Shown: positions 53,706 to 64,000 of the stretch, piece after piece | Layout: each line of letters starts with the position of its first letter | How positions within the stretch are numbered: position 1 is the stretch's first letter | The notes under the pieces: model-generated | Database searches by the model: none | Told to the model about the DNA's origin: nothing | Seen by the model: only the letters and a program-made list of their open reading frames with translations | Source: Mytilus trossulus | Taxonomy: Eukaryota | Direction: 5' to 3' | Assembly: GCF_036588685.1 (NCBI RefSeq) | Contig: NC_086376.1 | Coordinates: forward strand, 22,506,001 to 22,570,000 | DNA: 64,000 nucleotides | Position numbers and translations under genes: made by a program

Positions 53706-56558
53706 TATATTATATATAAAATTATTTCAATTGAAATCAGGAAATAGTGAAAGAATTTATCAGAGTAAGAGACAACACCATGTATACTATGTCGAAACGG
53801 TATACAGAAATAATTGAAATATCTGTAAATATTTTAATTTTTATTGCTGTTAATGTTGATTTTTACGGAGTTCCTGGTCATTTATTTGCTATTGAATGGT
53901 CAGTTTCGTATCGAGCTTGATTGTAATTTACACTTAGGTATATGACGCCCTGTCCTTTTGATGTTTATCCACTGAACGGAATTTTATTTAAGGTAATAAT
54001 CTGTTCTATAATTTATGTTGTTCCCAGATCTATCAATATGATACCAGGTTGAATTAAACACTGCTATTTAGTGTTTACTTGTAGCAATGATTGCAGTTTA
54101 GTTCTTAAATAAGGTTAGCATTTTCATCATTATCGTTTATTAGTAAAATATTACTGATAGCGTTATATGATTTCAATATGGAATAGTTATTTGAATTATT
54201 GAGTGCTGCGATCTTTGAAGACAAATTTTGTATTATTTTTTACAAAAAATTGATATTTAACGATTTTTATTTTTGATGAAATTTTGCAAAAACACCAATG
54301 ATTTTGATCTTCAAGCTTAAAAAATTTTCTGTTATGACACATTATTATCAGCCAAGCTAACATGTTTACTTACTGTCCTTATAACCTTTAAATTGACTTT
54401 ATTGACTAACTGAAAATTTAGTTTGATATAAAAATATTTGTTTGACCTTATCTTATTACGAAGGTGATAAAAAATACTTCTATGAACAATTTAGTGATAA
54501 GAATATAATCGTACTTGTTTGGCATATTAAATGGATAGCCTAAGTATAAGTTCAGTATAAGTAGCAAACAAATATTGAAATCAAAGTAGAAACTATAATT
54601 TCTTTTTCTTTAAAATGCGGAGGGATTTCAACGAAAGAAAGATGTTTCTTGTTGGTAACCTCGTAATTACAAAAACGATCAGACATTTTAAAAATAAATG
54701 CTTCGGAATATTGAAATTCAACGATCAACGCATAAACAAGGTTCAAAACACAGCAAAATATTATTACAGACTATCACAAGATGAGTAAGAAAGAATAAAT
54801 TAATGAAGCTATTACTGAAAAAAATTATATGTCAACAAACGGACAATACATAATTTAAACAAATGCATCTAGAAATTTCGTCCGCGAAGAAAAGATTTTC
54901 ACCACTTCAGAAGGCATTTATAACCCAAAAATTGAATATTAAAGAAACAGATGCTTTTTTCTATTACAGGTCAATTCTAAATAAAGACAATACACATTAG
55001 ATATGACAATTATTGGCAACACATTAAGTTGATTGAATGAACAGATAATTCATGACAAGCACATTTGAAACCTACATATTTGAAATATGATGTTACATGT
55101 AACTGTTTTAAATATCAATAAGAAGTGTAAGACTTATAAATAATGAATAATATCAACCGCAAGAAAAAAACAGTAAACGAGGTCGTGCAAAACGATACAA
55201 ACCGCCGCCATTTGTAAAAATTTAAACATGGAACTCTTCGTTTTTCTAAATCTTTTAACTTCCACTGACCTTAAAGTGCGATAAAACGAGCTATGTCTGT
55301 TTCTAAAGAGTATATATTAAGTACTCCAATCAAACGATCCATCAAAATGTTCCATCCTCCAAAGCAATCATTCAGTTAGTAGTGAAATCAGAATGACTGT
55401 TAAACTTATAAGCTGGATATAATCACATACTGCTATACTAATATAATTTTTGGAAGTCAAAAGTTCATGATTTAATTCCTTTTATTCCGAACAAATCATT
55501 TTCTCTTGTTAAATCTGTTTTCCCGGTTTGCTGGATCAACACTTACCATAAAACTCGAAAAAAAATTAACAAAAACAACAGCAGACAAATAAAAACAGTC
55601 GAATGTAGGGGTAGGTGGTGGATGAATTTGAGCAAGCTTCCTTATCCAACGTTAGAACTTTCTACATGTGATGTATCATAGTGATGTCACACAGTGAAAA
55701 TGTCACAAACATATTCATGGCTAACACTTAACGAAATCTAAACTTTTATTGAACTTGTAATATCAGTAAACTGGCAAACACAAGTATCAAAACGAGTAAT
55801 ATTATGTTTATGCCCATTACCTGTGTTCTTAGAAAAACTCCAGCAGAAATAATCATCATTACACATTTGAAGGGAAAAAACTATTAAACGTTTGCAAATA
55901 ATCAACAAATAAAGGCAACAGTAAAATACAATTGTTCCAAATTGACAAAAGGTCAATTTTTGTAAAGGACTTGCAACCTTAATTCCGTTAAAGGTACACT
56001 CCAACTAACATTTGACAAATACAGCCGGAATATATCACTGAAACACGAGATAGGGCGCAGATCATACTCTCGTTGACTTGTAATCCCCCAGCATTGCTAC
56101 TGACGCTGTAAAACCAAAAGGTTCAAAGCATAACATAATTTTCTATGGCATATTTCCTTCCCTGCTTTCGCTAGTTTATCAACCTTATGTCGTTCGTTAA
56201 GCCCACTTTTTGTGCGGTGATTCATCTTTTTCTGTGTCTTCTTTCCCTTTATTAAGTCTTATATATTTTGCGTTCGTCTTATGCTTTCGATGACGTTACT
56301 TTTAGTATTCATGTTTTATTTTATTTTCGAACAAAATGCTTTGGAAACAAATAAAACAACCTGTACTGTCAACTGTCAACATATTTTCTATTCAACAATT
56401 TGACCCGTTAATTTAAAAACAATGCCATTTGAATCAGATCACTTGACTCAGAGCTGTGAAAAATACCAGGTTTTTCTGGTATATATTCTGTAACGCAAAC
56501 AATATAAGTCATTCTGTAATCTTTTCTCAAGACGATTGCTACAATAAATTTAGAAATC

Positions 56559-57740
56559 ATGAATAATTCACATTTAAGCAACTACTATTTGAACAGTGGA
56601 CGAACAGAAAGAGTCAAACGAGATTCTTTCTCAAGCGAGGGTGATGATATTTGGTCACCGTCTCTTTATACGAGTGAAAGTGAAAATAGCTACAGTGATA
56701 GTGATGAATCTATTGCACAGGTATGTTGTACTCTTGAACCAAAATATATCTAAATTTGGGGAAAAATCTAATGCTATATTGAAAGAATGAATATATATAT
56801 TTTCTAAGAAAAACAATTAGTATAAATAAAGGGCGAATACGTTTATGTATCAATATAGATGTATTCAATCATGAGCAAAGCAACAGCTCAATTTCATTTG
56901 TTGCAAAATGTCAATATTGATAATTATACTAACTAATATCATCATTATTTTAAATTTTCATCTCTTTCTGTTCAATTTTCTATTATATCTTTATTTTTAT
57001 TTTTGTAGGTTCAGTTATCGTTAGCCAGATCAATTAAGAATATATTGTGTACAGGTAACACCAACAAGAAGCCATCACACTCGTACATCGCTATGATTTC
57101 GATGGCAATACTGAGTAAACCGAGCAAAAAACTAGTACTGATTGATATATATCAATACATAAAAGATAATTTTCCTTTCTACAATAACAAGGAAAAAGCA
57201 TGGAGGAACAGTGTACGACATAATCTTTCTATCAACGAGTGTTTCGTGAAAAGTGGCCAGTCTGTTAACGGCAAAGGTAACTATTGGTCTATTCACTTAG
57301 CATGTATTGAGGATTTTGCAAAAGGAGACTTCAGGCTTCGAAATGCAAGGCGAAGAGCAAGAAAAAGTTCTGTGAAAACTGTGGATGGCTCATCTAATCA
57401 ATTATACACACGACATCATAATGGATATGTACCTATGACATCATCGCCAATTGGATGCCATTCATACTCGATGAAAGACTCCCTTATGCATACAAAACTT
57501 CACAACTCACTTCAAATTACCCAGTCTCCTGTATCTACATTCGAAATGACAATAACTCAATTTCCAGCAACCATGCAGTCATTCGGAAGCAATTCACTGT
57601 TTCCCGTTTCGCAGTCATTATCAGGAGGGCAAACATTCATTGCACCGTCCACATACTATACATCGTCATCGATCAAACCGATTTCGAATTCAGCTTTTTA
57701 TTCATCTTGTCAGTTACAGGAAGGGTTTTCTGCTTGTTGA
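56559..57740 (+). CDS. foxQ2: FoxQ2-class forkhead transcription factor, copy C1 (2 exons, ~297 aa)
   Basis: Exon 1 56559-56720, exon 2 57009-57740, intact; TATA at 56480 and TCATTC at 56509. Confidence 0.9.
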
Positions 57741-59603
57741 TTTCAATTTATCTCACAATACCTTGTGTGAGTTTACCATTTTTCTGCTTTTGAATAATTA
57801 AAAATTATCAATGCAGTGTTTTGCTGATATAAGTAATGATGCTAGACAATTTGTATACGTCAGCAGCGTAGACAAACATAATTGTGTTGACGAACTAATG
57901 ACTATTTGTATTGAAATGATATCTGCGAAACTTCATCGTAAAAGGACTCAAATGGACTTGAGAGCTTAGACTATACTACCAGTTTATGAAGAGAATTCTT
58001 GAGTACTGACATTTAGCTGGTATCAAGACTGACACTCTGGTGCTTTGCACCGTTCTTAATTTAACTGTATAAAAATATTAATAAAAAAAATTATAACATT
58101 TTAATTTTTTGTTGCGGTTTATTTTTAATTTTATGAACTCTTTTTGTTTTTTTCTCTAAATAACCATTCATGGCTTTACAATCTGTCGATACCCGTATCT
58201 AGGCATTTCACAAGGTTATGTTATTCCCTTACTGTATTTGACGTCTTTACACTAAATTCACTGCATGTTGGATGAGTACCTATTGATGGTTTAGTCTTTG
58301 ATGTATGATTTTTCTTTATTAGTGATTATTGGTTTTAAACTAGCGTTCAGTGCGTTCAGTAACTGCAAATACTTTCTGCGTCATTTTGTATCTTTTGGCG
58401 AATTGTCTCATTGGCAAACATACCACATCTTCTTTTTTTTGTACTTTTTTTACCCTCGAAATATCAAAAAATAATAAGCAATTACAAATCAATTACAAAC
58501 CAATCCTTAGAAATATAATCTACAAAATTCATAACAATAAAGGAAGGGGTCTAAATAATATTTTTCTATTAAACTATATGTCATCAATATATTTTTCGCA
58601 TCATTATCACCTCAGTATTGTAAGCAATGTAGAAGTATGTATCAGTATGTTATCAGTAAGTGTATACACACAAAGTAAAGGTTACAGCGACAATTTGTAA
58701 ACATGTTTCTTAAGGAATAACTATGTGTAATAACAGTAACCTTTGCAACTTTTGAGATCAAAATAAAGGCTGTCTGTTATAACTTCATCCGAAATGAACC
58801 TGCAAAAAATAGAATTGTTTAATAGACAATTACAAAATGTTCCATAATAGACTTACCACTCAATTATTTATAGAAATCTTCCATTTTCAAATCACAAAAA
58901 GCTATAAATGAATCATACCACAAATCATTTTTTTGTATTAATGAGAACTTAATCGGTACATATACTAAGTGCAAGTACTTTTGGAATCACCACTCCACCA
59001 ATACACTAAACAGTAACATTCAAATTGCACTTTCAAATGGTCCAAATTTTGATAAATAAGGGCAAACTATAAATCAGCTAATTGAAGTTATTTAAATTAA
59101 GAATAGACGCAGTGCATAGCCATAAACAGAGAACAAAAAGATACGAAACACATAAATCGATATCGAACTGATAATGCCATGGAAAAAACCCAAAAGACTC
59201 CATAAAATAAACAGCAACAAAAATGCATATGTTGAAAATTATTTTTATTAATTTCATATACAGTTGTAAGAACGGTGCCAAGCACCAGAGTGTCAATCGT
59301 GATAACAGCTAAATGTCAGTTCTACTTATAGACTCCAAACTCAAGAATTCTTTTCATAAACTGGTAGTATAGTCCAAACTCTCAAGTCTATTTTGAGTCC
59401 TTTCACGTTACAGTTTCGCTGGTATCATTTCAATACAAATAGTTCTTAATTCGTCAAAACGATTATGTTATTCTACGCTACTGACGTATACAAATTGTCT
59501 AGCATCTTTACTTATATCAGCCAAACATTGCATTGATAATTTTCAATTATTCAAAAGCAACAAATTTTTAAACTCACATTTGGTATTGTGAAATAAATTA
59601 AAA

Positions 59604-60757
59604 TCACCAAGCACAAAACCCTTTCTGTATCTGACAAGATGAATAAAAATCTGAATTCGAACTACGTTTAAATGATGACGATGTATTGTATGTGGATGGT
59701 GTAATGAATGATTGTCCTCCTGATAGTGATTGCGAAACCGGAAATAGTGAATCGCTTCCGAATGACTGCATGGCTGCAGGAAATTGCATTCTTGTCATTC
59801 CGAATGTGGATACAGGAGACAGAGAAATTTGATGTGAGTAGTGAGGTTTTGTATGCATAAGAGATTCTTTCATTGAGTATGGATATAATCCAGTTGGCGA
59901 TGATGTCATAGGTACATATCCATTATTATGTCGTGCGTAGAATTGATTAGATGAGCCATCGACAGTTCTCACAGAACTTTTTCTTGCTCTTCGCCTTGCA
60001 TTTCGACGCCTGAAGTCTCCTTTAGCAAAATCCTCAATACATGCTAAGTGAATTGACCAATAGTTGCCTTTGCCGTTATCAGACCGGCCATTTTTCACGA
60101 AACATTCGTTGAGAGAAAGATTATGCCGTATGCTGTTCCTCCATGCTTTTTCTTTGTTATTGTAGAAGGGAAAATTATCCATTATGTATTGATATATATC
60201 AATCAGTACTAGTTTCTTGCTCGGTTTACTCAGTATTGCTATAGAAATCATAGCGATGTACGAGTGTGATGGCTTCTTGTTGCTGTTACTTGTACATAAT
60301 ATATTCTTGATTGATCTGTCTAACGATAACTGAATCTACAAAAATAAACAGAAATGTTATAGAAAAAAAAACCAAACAAAAAATATTTAGAAATAACGAT
60401 GAAATTAATTAATATCATTATCAATATTGACATTTTGCAACAAAAAAAGCTGTTGGTTTGCTTATTATTGAATACATGTATAAATGTTAATATATTTCAC
60501 CCTCTATTTAAGATAATAAATATCTCATTTCTTTCAATATAGCATAAGATTCCTCTACCAATTTAAAGACATTTTCATTTAAAAATACAACATACCTGTG
60601 CAATAGATTCATCACTGTCACTGTGGTTACTTTCACTTTCACTTGTACATAGAGACGGTGTCCACAACTCATCCCCATCGCTTGAGAAAGAATCTCGTTT
60701 AACTCTTTCTGTATCTGTATTGTTCAAATGATAAATGCTTAAATGTGTTTTATTCAT
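59604..60757 (-). CDS. foxQ2: FoxQ2-class forkhead transcription factor, copy C2 (2 exons, ~297 aa)
   Basis: Exon 1 60757-60596, exon 2 60335-59604, intact; the most canonical domain (WRNSIRHNLSLNECFVKNGRSDNGKGNYWSIH). Confidence 0.9.
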
Positions 60758-61737
60758 AATTCCTGAATTTAGTTGAGCACTCGTGTTGAGAAAAGATCAC
60801 TTATATTGTTTGAGTTACAGAATATATACCAGACAAACCTGTTATTTTTCACAGTTTTGAGTCACGTGATCTAACTCAAATGGCATTGTTTTTAAAATTA
60901 ACAGGTCATTTTGTTGAATAAAAAATATGTTGACAGTTGACGTACAAATTTTACTTATAATTTACAAAAATATTATGTTTGAAAATATTAATATAGATAA
61001 TACCAAAAGTTACGTCATCAAATAAAGAATGAAAAATATGAAGACATAAAAAAAAGGATGAATACGACACAGAAAGAGATGAGTCACCTCACAAAAAGTG
61101 GACTGAACGAACGCACTGAGGTTGACAAACTAGTGATAACTGTAAAGGAACTTTATATTCAGAACACTTTGCCATAGACACATCTTTTGTGCTTTTGTGC
61201 TTTTGGCCTTTTTGTTCAACTGGGTCACCAGCAATACTGGGTGACTATAATTTTACCGAGAGTATCTCGTGTTTCTGTGATATATTCTGTTTGCCTTTTT
61301 CCAGTGTCAGTGTTGGCGTACTTATTACAGAATTAGTGTTGGAAAACAAAGTTGTTCTTTTGCTCTTTTTGTTGATTACTATCACACGTTTAATATTATT
61401 TTCCTTCTAAAGATATATATATGATCGTTTCTGATGGACTTATTCTTGGTACACATGTTGTATACGTGACCATCAAATCACTTGTTTTCATACCTCATAC
61501 TCTATTTATACGACACTAATAAGTATATATCATCAACACATACATAACCAATGCATTTCAAACAGCTTAACGGTTGGTTTGTGATGTTTGAAACCATATG
61601 CTATATTCTATACTAAGGCTTTTCTACCTCAGGAACAGATTACCTTGGCTGGATTTGGCAAAACTTTTAGGAATTTTGGTCCTCAATGATCTTCAACTTC
61701 GTACTTTATTTGGCCTTTTTAACTTATTTGGATTCGA

Positions 61738-61781
61738 GTGTCACTGATGAGTTTTTTGTAGACGAAACGCGCGTTTGGCGT
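61738..61781 (+). ncRNA. Minimal hammerhead ribozyme (GUU triplet) in repeat 61620-61820
   Basis: GTGTCA-CTGATGA-GTT-TTTTGTA-GAC-GAAAC-GCGC-GTT/TGGCGT; core intact, stems kept with G-U pairs. Confidence 0.7.
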
Positions 61782-63209
61782 ATATACTAAATGTAGTCCT
61801 GGTATCTATGATGAGCTTATCTATTACCTGTAGTTGGTATTGAATTGTATATATGATTTAGAACTTTCCAACTGACAAAGACCCTCCAATATTGAATAAC
61901 TATGTGTTGCTCCGTTAGTTGTCTTATCAATGTAAACTTACTTTCTACGTCAAATATGAATATATCTTTATTACAAATTGGCATATAATAGAATTTGCAC
62001 TGATTAATTCATAGAAAGTTTCACTATAAAATTCATAATAAAATATGAATGGTTTCAAAACAATATTTTTGCATTCAAACAACATTCTATCAATATATTT
62101 TTCTAATTACAATCCCCTTGATACAATAAACAATATAAATTATTTGACCTATAAATGGAAATAACCTTTCAGCAAATATCAGGAAATAAGGCGCATAAAA
62201 CTAATAATTAAAATGAATCACATTAAAATGTTGTATTCGAAGAGAATATGGTAAAATATAAAGGACTTTGTCATTTTCAACATTTAATAATATTTTGTTT
62301 AAGTTATACTTTTTAAACAATTGACATAAAAGGATGTGATATGATGACCAATGAGACAGCTCTAAACCAAAGACCAAACGACGTAAAGGAATGAAACTAT
62401 ATGTCACTCGAAATTTGAAAGTGTTTAAATAATATACTAGTTTGTTTTTCACGTAAAAAAAATTGTAGTCGCACGCTTCCTTGAATTTGAATTGCATTAT
62501 GGGTACATTGTTTTGTAATTCCGGATGATGTACATAGAATGTGTTAGGTGTATGGTACAAAGATGTAACGTTAAATGACACGTGGTGTATTGTGTAATGT
62601 TGTTGATGTGTGGTGAATGGTATGAATTAGTGTGGTGTAGAAAGAAGCTTACACATTTCAAGGACTGTAAAGCAACGGGCTAAGTTCACCTTATATTTAG
62701 TTTTAAATTATTATCAAAAGGCCTTATATTTATATGAATAAGTTAAGACTCATTAATGATGATGATATGAAATGTCAAAAATACCTTTCCTCTATATAAG
62801 ACACCTCAGTTGAAATCGTATCAAACCAATTAAACTTAAAAATAATAACAAAGTTGATGAGTCACTGTTTTATAATCAAACATTGCGAAAAGTTGTATAA
62901 AAATTGTGCAAGTTTTTGCTATAAGCTATTTATGCAAATGTGTATGTGTCCATATCTGTATAACCTTTTGCTCTGAATAAATATATGCAGTAAATTGTAA
63001 GTTTTATTTAAAGCTACGCATTGAAAGCAAATTTATATTCATTTTGTGTGAAGCTATTAAAATTTTAAAAGTTAATTTAAAATGAGCCAAGAATACGATA
63101 GGCTTAAATAACTTATCAGTGTCAATGATTATGCACAGAGAATCATATTAAAAAGGTGGCTTCATAGAATAAATAAAATCATCATAGATACCAGGGCTAA
63201 ATTAAGTAT

Positions 63210-63253
63210 ACGCCAGACGCGCGTTTCGTCTACAAAAGACTCATTAGTGACGC
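63210..63253 (-). repeat. Hammerhead-family repeat with mutated core (CTAATGA)
   Basis: Same motif as 4408-4451 but with G5>A; probably inactive. Confidence 0.7.
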
Positions 63254-64000
63254 TCGAAACCAAAAAAGTTTAAAAGGCCAAAGAGAACACAGTAAAAGAT
63301 ACTTTATCATTTCAACGTTTAATAAAAAAAAAGTCTTGAAAACCATTAAACAATAAATCATATGTTGTACCATTTAATTCTGAAACAAATAAGATAAAAA
63401 AAAAGATGTGTTATTATTGTAAATGAGACGACTATCAATCAACAACAAACGACGTAAAAGTAAGACACTATAGGTCATTTTATGGCCTTCGTGCTAAATT
63501 TTTTAAATTATTGTTCAATACTTCTCGTCAACATATTGTTGAAGGAGTTATGAAGGGATAATTACAAATCAACAGCAGTTTAAGGCATTTGAATGTCACT
63601 TGACTTTCTAAAAATGTCAGCGGCTGTCATATATAAATAGACTTCATCATTATTATGACTTACATTTGTCATCAGTCACAAATGAATAAGAATATGATTA
63701 TTTATTACTTTGGGTTCACTATGACATCACTAATCCAAAATAGTGACGTTATGAAATGAACATAAGTAGTGACTAACTGTAGACATGTCCTTGCACAGTC
63801 TGTAGTAACTTTCATGATCGAAATGAGTATCTCGTACAAGTAAATGATGTTTCGTTTAATTTCACAAGCAGTTTTTTTTTGTCGTAAAAAAAGTCCAATT
63901 TTAGCACTTCTCCTCCAAGTATCCGTTATCAAGACCCTCTGTTGACTCAAGCCCATTTTTTTACCACTAAAATGTTTTCCATATATATTTTTATGTACAT

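Overview
AT-rich eukaryotic DNA with spliceosomal introns; its repeat families resemble those I associate with mytilid bivalves, but that taxonomic guess is unverified. The window holds a birth-and-death cluster of 14 forkhead loci of the FoxQ2 class. Six look intact (B1 9540-10795 -, A2 25064-26254 +, A3 36849-38024 +, A4 44804-45982 +, C1 56559-57740 +, C2 59604-60757 -) and eight are pseudogenes or remnants. All intact copies have two exons: a 162-165 nt exon 1 that the ORF track does not join to exon 2, a phase-0 GT-AG intron, and a forkhead exon 2. The first 12 loci strictly alternate strand, consistent with a two-gene inverted cassette duplicated in tandem at about 8-12 kb period; the cluster ends in a separate inverted pair (C1/C2). 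Copies share a ~200 bp promoter module (TATA-Inr plus a Fox-like site) and a 3' stem-loop with compensatory substitutions. Spacers carry a CR1/L2-group LINE fragment that replaces part of one gene, Penelope-like fragments (one next to a 214 bp perfect inverted repeat), minimal hammerhead ribozyme repeats, tRNA-derived tandem repeats, and TTAA- and TAA-target MITEs, several with empty sites visible in paralogous units. Coordinates were read by eye and repeat boundaries are approximate. Copy labels A/B/C are mine.
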